From IMG/VR virus record IMGVR_UViG_3300045988_018548: a stretch of DNA of 44,185 bases, one strand, 5' to 3'. A program made the translations under genes and the position numbers. Origin of the DNA: a virus. Lineage: Duplodnaviria; Heunggongvirae; Uroviricota; Caudoviricetes. The stretch's first letter is position 1, and each line of letters opens with the position of its first letter. The notes beneath the pieces are model-generated. The model was not told the origin of the DNA. It saw only the letters and a list, made by a program, of their open reading frames with translations, and ran no database searches. Positions 7,829-16,240 of this stretch are shown piece after piece.

Positions 7829-8350
7829 ATGTTAGAGAAATTCTTAGTATTACTGGAACGTTTCGTAGTTGCACATGAACTGATTGCTGCGAATAGTGCG
7901 AAACAACCGACCAATAAATCTATAGGTGAATTGACTGTTGACGTAGCGGTAACGGGGGTAGAGACAGTTAAAAAAGAACTGGCTAAAGCACTTGAAGAAG
8001 TCGAGAAGGCGAAAGAAATCCCGGTCGAAGGTGAAGACCTCGTTGACACTAAACCGGCGGAAGAAGAGAAGCCGAAACGTAAGCCGCGTAAAGCTAAAGT
8101 AGAGGAACCAACGCCAGAGCCGGAAGAAGAGAAGGAAGAAGTAGATTACCAGTCTCTGCGCGACCAGATTCAGGCTATCGACGATGCGATTAACGAAGGT
8201 CCGAGCGATGCCGCGTGTGATGATTCCGATGAACTGCTGGAAGAGTTCACCGGTAAGAAGATGAAGATTGCCGCGATTAAAGACGAAGACCTCGCCGAGT
8301 ACCTGGAGCGCCTGACGGCAATCAAGAACAAGTATTTCGAAGAAGAATAA
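7829..8350 (+). CDS. acidic early protein, function unknown
   Basis: 173 aa; strong RBS GAGAGGAGAG; C-terminal half very rich in Glu/Asp with a central Lys/Pro-rich patch. Confidence 0.5.
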   Translation: MLEKFLVLLERFVVAHELIAANSAKQPTNKSIGELTVDVAVTGVETVKKELAKALEEVEKAKEIPVEGEDLVDTKPAEEEKPKRKPRKAKVEEPTPEPEEEKEEVDYQSLRDQIQAIDDAINEGPSDAACDDSDELLEEFTGKKMKIAAIKDEDLAEYLERLTAIKNKYFEEE

Positions 8351-8357
8351 CTATCAC

Positions 8358-8377
8358 GCGGCCTTCGGGCCGCTTTA
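8358..8377 (+). terminator. stem-loop gcggcc-ttcg-ggccgc followed by TTTAACT
   Basis: Read from sequence just after stop of 7829..8350. Confidence 0.4.
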
Positions 8378-8393
8378 ACTGAGGGTCGGAATT

Positions 8394-8609
8394 ATGAGTA
8401 ACGTATACAAAGTAATAAACGAACAAATAGTTGTAGAAATAAGTGACTCAGATGTGGGTTGCCAGCAATTCTTTGTTTTGAATGGTGCGTGGCGCGGGAC
8501 TCTTGACTATGCCACCGGCGAATACTGGGCAGACATGTACCCAACCGATAAAACAGCGGTACATACAATTCGTCCCGCCGTTAAAGGTGAATTCGCACCG
8601 TACTACTGA
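8394..8609 (+). CDS. hypothetical protein
   Basis: 71-aa ORF with RBS GAGGGT. Confidence 0.35.
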   Translation: MSNVYKVINEQIVVEISDSDVGCQQFFVLNGAWRGTLDYATGEYWADMYPTDKTAVHTIRPAVKGEFAPYY

Positions 8610-8620
8610 GGGTCAGAATT

Positions 8621-8824
8621 ATGGCTATTTTAGTTAAGAAAAGTGGTCTTATGATTTCTGGTAGCGTTGTCTCTGAAAATGATTTGGTTTACGTATTTCA
8701 GGCGGTAGACAACAAACACCCTACGACGGTAAAGAAGGTCAGCAAAGTTGAGAAGGTTTTCGACGGCGATTTTTCTATTGACGATGTTTTCACGTGGATT
8801 AACTCTGCGAGGGTAAAGAAATGA
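8621..8824 (+). CDS. hypothetical protein
   Basis: 67-aa ORF with near-identical RBS context to the preceding gene. Confidence 0.35.
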   Translation: MAILVKKSGLMISGSVVSENDLVYVFQAVDNKHPTTVKKVSKVEKVFDGDFSIDDVFTWINSARVKK

Positions 8825-9093
8825 TTTACCAACTCTACCGCGCCGTAGACAGGCGGGATAACACAGAGGCGCTATGGCTGTTGCGCGCGCCGTCCGGTGC
8901 ACACCAGATGGAAGAGATGGCGTACTTAGGCAAAGTGCCACGGCCTAAAGACATAGGCCGCCACGTGTCACATATTAAGCGCACGACTTTCGCCAAACCG
9001 GACTTTTACGTCTTCGAGTCGATGTATGGCTGGGCTATGCACTGCGACCATAAGACACGACATTTAATTGACCAGTGGGAGAGCAGAGCATGA
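8821..9093 (+). CDS. hypothetical protein
   Basis: 90-aa ORF, start overlaps upstream stop. Confidence 0.35.
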   Translation: MIYQLYRAVDRRDNTEALWLLRAPSGAHQMEEMAYLGKVPRPKDIGRHVSHIKRTTFAKPDFYVFESMYGWAMHCDHKTRHLIDQWESRA

Positions 9094-10361
9094 TTCTTAA
9101 AGAACGTGGTGGCAATAACGATGTGCACGCCTTATTGTCACCATCCGGCGCTAAAAAGTGGTTAACCTGCGCCGCATCACTGGCCTGTGAAAAAGATATT
9201 CCTAACACGTCTGGTAAAGCCGCGGTATTAGGTACGGCTATGCACACCATAGCGGAGATGCACTTAAACCAGTACATCAAAGGCACTGCGTTGCCGTTAG
9301 AGCGTGAAGTTGGTGCTTATGTGCTGGATGAGGGTAAAGGTCAGATTAAGGCACTAATCAGTCCGATGAAAGGCGAGGTACTGATTACGGCGGATATGAT
9401 TGAGCAGGTGCGCAAGTACACCGACTACTGCAAAGCGATTATAGATGTAGCGACTTACGCCAGGCTGGAAATGCGCGTCAATCTTACTGAGGTATTGCAT
9501 CCGGGCTACGAAGGCGTTGAGACGTTCGGAACCGCCGACCTTGTTGCCGTACAGGAACTGGCTAACACCGACGAGCACATGCTCGTTATTGGAGACCTTA
9601 AAACAGGACGGCATCGTGTCGAAGCGAAAGAAAACAAGCAGCTTATGCTTTACGCTCTCGGTGTTTATCGCCGACTCAAGAGACGTTATAACATCACCGT
9701 GGTTCGTCTGGTCGTCTTCCAGCCGTATGCTGGCGGTGCGTCGGAGTGGGACATCTCGGTTGAAGGTCTGGAACTGTTCGCTAAGTTCGCGCAGAAACGA
9801 GCACTGTTAGCCCTTGATGCCTATTTCCGTGGTAAGAAGAACCTGAAAGCGTCGGACTTCAAGCCGTCGGTTGATGGCTGCCAGTGGTGTCGGTTCTCTG
9901 AACAGTGCGCCGCACGTACAAAAACCGTTAACGCTGTACTGGCGGAAGAACTGGAAGACGACTTTGCGCTGGAGCTTACGCCGGAGCAACTCGTAGCTGA
10001 GTATGAGAAGTTGCCGTTATTGCACCAGCACATCGACAAGGTTGAGAAAGCTATGGCAGCCGCGTTGCATTCCGGTAAGAAAGTGCCGGGGTACAAGCTG
10101 GTTGAGGGCCGCCCAGGAAATCGCGCGTGGAAAGATAAGCAGGCGCTTATGGACACCCTGTCTCGATTTGAGCTTGGTGTCGAAATGCTCCATAAAGAAG
10201 TCCTAATGTCCCCGACCGAGGCTGAGAAGCAGCATAAGGGCTCAGAGCTATGGGCTGCGCTGGAGAAACACGTAACTCGTAACCACGGCACACCATGTGT
10301 CGCAACGGCAGATGATAAACGGCCTGAGTGGAATCAGGTTAGTGAAGACGATTTAGAATAA
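9075..10361 (+). CDS. PD-(D/E)xK nuclease, DUF2800 / Cas4-like
   Basis: N-terminal LSPSGAKKWLTC, core GTADLV...IGDLKTG, C-terminal CQWCRFSEQC cysteine cluster; ATG at 9090 after GGGAGAG may be the true start. Confidence 0.75.
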   Translation: MGEQSMILKERGGNNDVHALLSPSGAKKWLTCAASLACEKDIPNTSGKAAVLGTAMHTIAEMHLNQYIKGTALPLEREVGAYVLDEGKGQIKALISPMKGEVLITADMIEQVRKYTDYCKAIIDVATYARLEMRVNLTEVLHPGYEGVETFGTADLVAVQELANTDEHMLVIGDLKTGRHRVEAKENKQLMLYALGVYRRLKRRYNITVVRLVVFQPYAGGASEWDISVEGLELFAKFAQKRALLALDAYFRGKKNLKASDFKPSVDGCQWCRFSEQCAARTKTVNAVLAEELEDDFALELTPEQLVAEYEKLPLLHQHIDKVEKAMAAALHSGKKVPGYKLVEGRPGNRAWKDKQALMDTLSRFELGVEMLHKEVLMSPTEAEKQHKGSELWAALEKHVTRNHGTPCVATADDKRPEWNQVSEDDLE

Positions 10362-10365
10362 AGTG

Positions 10366-10394
10366 TTGACACCTGAATAGTTAGCTATTATAGT
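10366..10394 (+). promoter_or_regulatory. promoter TTGACA-N17-TATAGT with AATAG-N4-CTATT dyad in spacer
   Basis: Hexamers and spacing read directly; same architecture as 7769..7797 and 14210..14238. Confidence 0.6.
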
Positions 10395-10459
10395 TCTAAT
10401 CACTGGCCGGGCAGCTTCCCGGAGTAAACTGAAAATCTAAACTTAATGAGGGCTGAACT

Positions 10460-11086
10460 GTGGGACTGAAATTAAATCTGCGTAAAGTAAACACTGCATG
10501 GGTTAACGTATTCGAACGCGAAAAAGACCGTGAAAACGATGATGGCTCAATCACTAAAGGCCAGTACAGCGCGACTATCATCCTGCCGTCTGACCACGCA
10601 CAAATCGACGCGCTCTACGACACCGTTTACGCTGTGGTTGAAGAAGCGTTAGGCGCAGCCGCCGCAGAGAAGTGGATGAAGTCCAACTACGGCGAAGGAA
10701 AGCACATGGATAAATGCGCGATTAAAGACATTGCCGAGCGTGACAATCCGTTTGAAGACTTCCCGGAAGGCTTCTACTTCAAAGCGAAGGCACAGAAACA
10801 ACCGCTGATTGTAACCTCTAAAAAAGGCGAGACTCAGGTAGAGCAGGACTTCAATGTAGACGGCGAACAGATTGAAGGCGAACAGGTTTACAGCGGCTGC
10901 GTAGCTAACGTAAGCGTTGAAATCTGGTTCAGCCAGAAATATAAAGTTCTCGGGGTTAACCTGCTGGCGATTAAATACGTCGGCGAAGGTAAAGCGTTCG
11001 GTGGTTCTAAAGTCGCTGCAAGCGTCGATGACCTTGAGGACAACGAAGAAGATGAAGCACCGCGCCGCGAACGTCGCCGCCGCTAA
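10460..11086 (+). CDS. DUF2815-like single-strand DNA-binding protein
   Basis: 208 aa; acidic C-terminal tail DDLEDNEEDEA typical of SSBs; sits beside DUF2800 as usual for this module; GTG start. Confidence 0.55.
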   Translation: MGLKLNLRKVNTAWVNVFEREKDRENDDGSITKGQYSATIILPSDHAQIDALYDTVYAVVEEALGAAAAEKWMKSNYGEGKHMDKCAIKDIAERDNPFEDFPEGFYFKAKAQKQPLIVTSKKGETQVEQDFNVDGEQIEGEQVYSGCVANVSVEIWFSQKYKVLGVNLLAIKYVGEGKAFGGSKVAASVDDLEDNEEDEAPRRERRRR

Positions 11087-11105
11087 TATCTGAATCAATT
11101 TAACT

Positions 11106-11130
11106 AAGGCCCTTCATTGGGCCTTTTTAC
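11106..11130 (+). terminator. rho-independent terminator (aaggccc-ttcatt-gggcctt + TTTTT)
   Basis: GC-rich hairpin followed by T-run, immediately after stop of 10460..11086. Confidence 0.7.
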
Positions 11131-11145
11131 TAAGGGTCGAAAATA

Positions 11146-11424
11146 ATGGCAGCGGAACTTAAGAGATACAGACGCATCACCTACTGCAAATTTTGTAAGG
11201 CAGAAGGTAAAAAAGTTAGAGCAATTTGGATGACTAAATATCCTCCTGCTTACAAGTTACGAGACTGGTATAAACACTATGCATGCGACGAGCATAAACA
11301 TTTAATAGAGGACACAGACCCAAACCGGACTTGGGCAGAAATCCTAGAGCGCAGTAAAAACCAGAAACCAGAACGCGACGACCATCTCACAGAAGCAGAC
11401 TATCAGACGTGGTACAGACTATGA
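11146..11424 (+). CDS. small zinc-ribbon-like protein
   Basis: 92 aa; CKFC ... CDEH Cys/His pairs. Confidence 0.4.
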   Translation: MAAELKRYRRITYCKFCKAEGKKVRAIWMTKYPPAYKLRDWYKHYACDEHKHLIEDTDPNRTWAEILERSKNQKPERDDHLTEADYQTWYRL

Positions 11425-13604
11425 ACACATTGCTTTACTTAGACTTTGAAACATTCTCCGAAGCCGATTTAAAGAAAGTCGGCTCCTACGCTTACGCCGA
11501 ACACCCGACTACAGAAGTGCTCATCTGTACCTATGCTTTTGACGACGAGCCTGTACAGGTATGGGATTGCACCGACGGCAGCGACATGCCGGGCGATTTG
11601 CATCGCGCGTTACGCCGTCTGGTTAAGCCGAACAGCCGCATTAAGATGGTGTGGCACAACGGCTCAATGTTCGACCGCCTAATCATGAAGCACTGCTGGG
11701 ACTTTGATATTCCGGTAAGCAACACCGTTGATACGATGATTTGGGCGTTTCGTCACGCGCTACCTGGTTCACTTGATGCGTTGTGTGAAGTGCTGGGCGT
11801 GTCCGCAGACAACGCGAAAGATAAACGCGGCAAGGCGCTGATTCAGCGTTTTTCTAAACCGACGCCGAAGAACTACAAAATCCGCCGATACACCGCCGAA
11901 ACGCACCCGGATGAGTGGGCGCTGTTCATCAAGTATGCCGTGAGTGACATCACGGCGATGCGTGAAGTGTTCCATAAGCTGCCGCGGTGGGGTAACTCCG
12001 AGTTCGAAGACCGTGTACTGGAGCTGGACCAGTTAATTAATGACCGCGGGTTTAAGGTAGACGTTGCACTGTCGGAAGCCGCGATTGAAGCCGTGGAGAA
12101 GCACAAGGCACAGTTACAGGAAGAAGCCCAGCGCAAATATGGCGGCTCTCTTACTGGGAAGGACTTTCTGCCTATTCTGCGTGAACTTGCGCCAGCGCAC
12201 CGCATCAACAACGCACAGAAGTCGACGCTTAACGACCTGCTGGCGGATGATGACTTACCGGACGACGCACGCACAATTATCGAAATGCGCCTCGGGGCTG
12301 CGTCCACCGCATCAACGAAATATAACCCGCTGCTGTTGGGTCGCTCGTCGGACGACCGCCGCCGCGGTTGCATTCAGTACGGCGGGGCCAAGCGTACGCT
12401 ACGGTTTGCTGGCAAAGGCTTCCAGCCACAGAACCTGGCGCGCGGGTACTATCACGATGATGAGCTGGATAAAGGCATTTCTGCGTTACTTAAAGGCCGT
12501 GCGCACCGTCGTTTCGATGTAGCCAAACTAACGGCATCGACGGTTCGTAGCTGCATCATACCGGAAGCTGGGCATAAGTTTGTCGTAGCTGATTACTCTA
12601 ACGTTGAAGGCCGTGGTTTGGCGTGGCTGGCTGGCGAAGAAACCGCGCTCGATACATTCCGTGCCGGGCTGGATATTTACTGCGTAACCGCAGGTAAGAT
12701 GTTCGGCATGGAGCCGGATTACATTAAGAAAGAACGCAAAGACTTGCGCCAGATAGGTAAGGCCTGCGAACTTGGACTTGGCTATGCGGGCGGGGTAGGT
12801 GCTTTCGTTCAGTTTGCTAAGAACCTCGGCCTCGACCTGGTTGATATGGCAAAAACAATGGATGGGACTTTCCCCGACCACATCTGGGCCGCTACCGCAC
12901 GTGGATATGAGTGGGCGCGTATTCAGGAAGCCAAGCGACCACCACGTCCAGGTGAAAAGGATGACCGACCATCATATATTCTTGATAAGAAAGTGTGGCG
13001 TACCTGTGACGCTATCAAGCGCATGTGGCGCGAGTCTCACCCGGAAACAGTAGCTTTCTGGCGAGATATTGAAGATGCAGCTATGGCGGCTATCCGCAAC
13101 CCAGGTAAAGAGTTCACCGCAGGGCCGCGGGGTGTTAAGTTTTCGCGTAACGTAGAAACAGACACCAACGGCAACAAAGTCGCGGGCTGGTGGTTGCGCA
13201 TGACGTTGCCGTCGGGCCGCGTTATGTCTTACCCGGGCGTTGGTTTAAGTGTATCAAAAGAGACAGACGAAGACGGGAAGGTGTCTACTAACGTGCGCAT
13301 AAAGTACCAGGGTGAAAACCAGTTAACCCGTCAGTGGGGCTTCCAGTACACATATTCCGGTAAACTCGTGGAAAACTGCACTCAGGCGCTGTGCCGTGAT
13401 TTGCTGGCTAACGCCCTGCTGAACGTAGAGGCCAACGGCTACCCGATTGTACTTCATGTTCACGATGAAATTATCTGCGAGACACCAGATTTACCAGAAT
13501 ACAATGTCGCAGAGCTGGAACGGTTGATGTGCGAATTACCGGAGTGGGCAGAGGGTTTCCCTCTTGTAGCGGAAGGTGCGGAGTTAAAACGTTATGCTAA
13601 GTAA
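11409..13604 (+). CDS. DNA polymerase, family A (3'-5' exonuclease + polymerase domains)
   Basis: 731 aa; Exo I LDFETFS; polymerase motif C VHDEIICE; probable start ATG 11421. Confidence 0.9.
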   Translation: MVQTMNTLLYLDFETFSEADLKKVGSYAYAEHPTTEVLICTYAFDDEPVQVWDCTDGSDMPGDLHRALRRLVKPNSRIKMVWHNGSMFDRLIMKHCWDFDIPVSNTVDTMIWAFRHALPGSLDALCEVLGVSADNAKDKRGKALIQRFSKPTPKNYKIRRYTAETHPDEWALFIKYAVSDITAMREVFHKLPRWGNSEFEDRVLELDQLINDRGFKVDVALSEAAIEAVEKHKAQLQEEAQRKYGGSLTGKDFLPILRELAPAHRINNAQKSTLNDLLADDDLPDDARTIIEMRLGAASTASTKYNPLLLGRSSDDRRRGCIQYGGAKRTLRFAGKGFQPQNLARGYYHDDELDKGISALLKGRAHRRFDVAKLTASTVRSCIIPEAGHKFVVADYSNVEGRGLAWLAGEETALDTFRAGLDIYCVTAGKMFGMEPDYIKKERKDLRQIGKACELGLGYAGGVGAFVQFAKNLGLDLVDMAKTMDGTFPDHIWAATARGYEWARIQEAKRPPRPGEKDDRPSYILDKKVWRTCDAIKRMWRESHPETVAFWRDIEDAAMAAIRNPGKEFTAGPRGVKFSRNVETDTNGNKVAGWWLRMTLPSGRVMSYPGVGLSVSKETDEDGKVSTNVRIKYQGENQLTRQWGFQYTYSGKLVENCTQALCRDLLANALLNVEANGYPIVLHVHDEIICETPDLPEYNVAELERLMCELPEWAEGFPLVAEGAELKRYAK

Positions 13605-13725
13605 ACTGATTATCGCGGTGCTGGCGGGATTCGCCGCCGGTGTCTACTGTCACGAGGGTCAATACGGCATGATGGCCGCCGTATTGGGTATGTTAGTAGC
13701 AATTCATCTGTGGGTGATGGAATGA
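13594..13725 (+). CDS. small membrane protein
   Basis: 43-aa hydrophobic ORF (below track threshold) overlapping polymerase stop. Confidence 0.3.
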   Translation: MLSKLIIAVLAGFAAGVYCHEGQYGMMAAVLGMLVAIHLWVME

Positions 13726-13807
13726 AAATTTACTGGTTCTACGAAGAAGACTGCCGAATCTGTCCGCGCTGCGGGATTGAGCACACGAAACGAGAGGGGT
13801 GCGTATT

Positions 13808-13960
13808 ATGACAAGGTTTGTATTTTGGGCAATAGTAACCATGCTCGCACTGTTACTCGGTGCGGGAGTAGCTGCAATGTTCTGTTACAGCATGTTTTTT
13901 AAGTTTGTCGGTGTTGCCCTTCTAGGCGGGGCCTTCATTACCCGGATTCTGCGGTCATGA
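13808..13960 (+). CDS. small membrane protein
   Basis: 50-aa ORF with two hydrophobic helices; ATGA overlap with downstream VRR-NUC start. Confidence 0.3.
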   Translation: MTRFVFWAIVTMLALLLGAGVAAMFCYSMFFKFVGVALLGGAFITRILRS

Positions 13961-14241
13961 CTCCGGAAGGCAAGATTCAGAAATACGCAAAAGACCGATT
14001 CGAGGCCATTGGCGGCCTCGTTCGCAAGATGGCATTTGAAGGCCGGCGAGCCGCCATGGACCTCCTGGTAATTCTCCCCGGTGGCATCGTCTGGTTCGTC
14101 GAGATTAAGAAAGACGAAAATACGAAGCCAGACCCGCACCAGATACGTGAACACGAGAGATTCCGAAAACGCGGCGCAAATGTTTTTGTCGTTGGGTCGT
14201 TCAAACAGGTTGACGACCTAATAGCGAACTATTATAGTTAG
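13957..14241 (+). CDS. VRR-NUC domain nuclease
   Basis: 94 aa; ...VWFVEIKKDENTKPDPHQ... matches VRR-NUC D/E-x-K core by eye. Confidence 0.6.
   Translation: MTPEGKIQKYAKDRFEAIGGLVRKMAFEGRRAAMDLLVILPGGIVWFVEIKKDENTKPDPHQIREHERFRKRGANVFVVGSFKQVDDLIANYYS
14210..14238 (+). promoter_or_regulatory. promoter TTGACG-N17-TATAGT with AATAG-N4-CTATT dyad, embedded in 3' end of VRR-NUC gene
   Basis: Hexamers and spacing read directly. Confidence 0.55.
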
Positions 14242-14271
14242 TCCTACACCAACAATATAAGGAATTGAGAA

Positions 14272-14466
14272 ATGAAACACGAATATGACCGCAAACCAGC
14301 ACGTGACATCGTACCGGGCGATATGATTTTCAACGTTAAGACTCGCCAGCCTGTTGCCGTTGATACGGTGTTCGTAGAGTCAAACGGTAAACTGGTCATC
14401 GAAGATGTAACTGGTAACGTTACGGCGTTCGGACGTAAAGAGCTGGTACTCTACGTTAAGGATTGA
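14272..14466 (+). CDS. hypothetical protein
   Basis: 64-aa ORF with RBS AAGGAA. Confidence 0.35.
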   Translation: MKHEYDRKPARDIVPGDMIFNVKTRQPVAVDTVFVESNGKLVIEDVTGNVTAFGRKELVLYVKD

Positions 14467-15893
14467 GTATGTCTAAATTTATCCGTCGAGAGTACCAGAA
14501 GCTCATGACTTCGTTCATGCTGCAACACCCGCGCTGTAATATCTGGTGCGGCATGGGAGGGGGTAAAACCTCCTCCACTATGTGGGTGCTAAACCGCCTG
14601 TTTCGCAACGGGCAACTTACAGAAGAGGACCGCGTGTTAATCCTCGCCCCATTGCGAGTTGCGTCAGGCACGTGGCCTGCTGAACAAGAGAAATGGAACT
14701 TCCCTTGTCTGCGTGTTGTCGACGCTACGGGTTCAGAGAAGCGCCGCATCGCGGCGCTGGAGTCTGATGCTAACGTGGTGTGCACTAACTACGAAGTTAT
14801 CGAGTGGCTTATCGACTACTACGGCAAAGACGACTGGCCTTTTACGGTTATCGTTGCCGATGAAAGCACGAAGCTTAAATCATTCCGTAGCCGTTCTGGC
14901 GGAAGCAAGCGAGCAAAGGCGCTTAGTAAAGTGGCATTTGGAAAGGTTAAACGTTTCATCAACCTGACTGGCACACCGTCGCCAAACGGACTCAAAGACT
15001 TGTGGGGTCAGAACTGGTTTATCGACGCTGGCGAGCGACTCGGCTCATCGTACACAGCATTCACAGACCGCTGGTTTAACTCGGTACAGAAAGGTAAGTC
15101 GGCGATGGCGCGTGAATATCACGCGCGCCCGGGTGCAGATAATGAGATTCATCAGAAGATGAAAGACATCAGCCTTACCATCGACCCTGCTGAGTGGTTT
15201 GGATGTGAAGCACCAATTATCGTGCCGGTTGAAATCGACCTGCCTAAGAAAGCGCGTCAGGCGTACATAGATATGGAGGAGAAGTTATTCGCGGAACTGG
15301 AGAGCGGAGAAGTTGAAGCGGCTAACGCTGCGGCGAAGACGTCGAAGTGTTTGCAGATTGCCTCTGGTGCCGTGTATGTATCGGGCCCGGACGGCGAAGC
15401 AACGAAAGACTGGGAGAAAGTGCACGACACGAAACTGGATGCGCTGGAGTCCATTGTTGAGGAGTTACAGGGTGCGCCGCTACTGGTAGCCTATCAGTTC
15501 AAGCACGAACTGGAGCGCATCCTTAAGCGATTCCCGCAGGCGCAGGCGTTTGCAAAAGGTGCTAAGGGTAATAAACAGATGGAGGCGTGGAACCGTGGCG
15601 AAATCGAAATCTTATGCGTCCACCCAGCGTCCGCTGGTCATGGTTTGAATTTACAGGACGGCGGACATCATCTGGCGTTTATTTCGCAAGGCTGGAACCT
15701 CGAGCACTATTTGCAGGTTGTCGAGCGCATAGGCCCGGTACGCCAGAAGCAGGCAGGCCACGAGCGCCCGGTATTCCTCTATCACATCGTTGCTAAAGAC
15801 ACGCTGGACGAGGTTGTTGCCGCGCGCACCGACGAGAAGAAATCTGTACAGGAAGAATTGCTTAATTACATGAAGAGACGAGGTAAGAAATGA
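14463..15893 (+). CDS. SNF2-family (DEAD/DEAH-box) helicase
   Basis: 476 aa; Walker A GMGGGKTS, DEAH-like VIVADESTKLK, LTGTPSPNGLKDLW motif. Confidence 0.8.
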   Translation: MSMSKFIRREYQKLMTSFMLQHPRCNIWCGMGGGKTSSTMWVLNRLFRNGQLTEEDRVLILAPLRVASGTWPAEQEKWNFPCLRVVDATGSEKRRIAALESDANVVCTNYEVIEWLIDYYGKDDWPFTVIVADESTKLKSFRSRSGGSKRAKALSKVAFGKVKRFINLTGTPSPNGLKDLWGQNWFIDAGERLGSSYTAFTDRWFNSVQKGKSAMAREYHARPGADNEIHQKMKDISLTIDPAEWFGCEAPIIVPVEIDLPKKARQAYIDMEEKLFAELESGEVEAANAAAKTSKCLQIASGAVYVSGPDGEATKDWEKVHDTKLDALESIVEELQGAPLLVAYQFKHELERILKRFPQAQAFAKGAKGNKQMEAWNRGEIEILCVHPASAGHGLNLQDGGHHLAFISQGWNLEHYLQVVERIGPVRQKQAGHERPVFLYHIVAKDTLDEVVAARTDEKKSVQEELLNYMKRRGKK

Positions 15894-16075
15894 AACTTAA
15901 TGTTGGCGATGAAATATACAGCGTACATTCATTCAATACTTTCACCATCGAGTACATATCAAAAGACGGCAACAGCTTTGTCTTGGTAAGCTCGGACGGT
16001 AAATACGAAAAGTCACGCTGCTACACGCTGCCGGACATAAAGCGCAGTTTCAAGAAAAGCGAAGGTAAGAAATGA
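15890..16075 (+). CDS. hypothetical protein
   Basis: 61-aa ORF overlapping helicase stop. Confidence 0.35.
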   Translation: MKLNVGDEIYSVHSFNTFTIEYISKDGNSFVLVSSDGKYEKSRCYTLPDIKRSFKKSEGKK

Positions 16076-16209
16076 ACATCATAGCTCCGATTCCGGCATT
16101 GCAAAAACGTATCAAGGAACTTGAGGAGGAGGTTCTACGACTACGACAGCAAAGAGACGCCGCTAATGCGCAACTGGCGTTTGTACTGGAGAAGTTATCC
16201 GAAGATTAG
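16072..16209 (+). CDS. small coiled-coil protein
   Basis: 45-aa ORF, ATGA overlap with upstream gene. Confidence 0.3.
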   Translation: MNIIAPIPALQKRIKELEEEVLRLRQQRDAANAQLAFVLEKLSED

Positions 16210-16213
16210 AGAA

Positions 16214-16240
16214 AAGGCCCCGATTGGGGCCTTAGTTTTA
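16214..16240. terminator. bidirectional rho-independent terminator (aaggcccc-gatt-ggggcctt)
   Basis: 8-bp GC stem flanked by A-run upstream and T-run downstream, between convergent early and tail operons. Confidence 0.7.

Noticed and set aside
9821-10291. 156-aa minus-strand ORF inside the DUF2800 nuclease gene (also 11873..12373 inside the polymerase gene)
   Set aside because: Antisense to genes with clear catalytic motifs; Ser-rich, no start context
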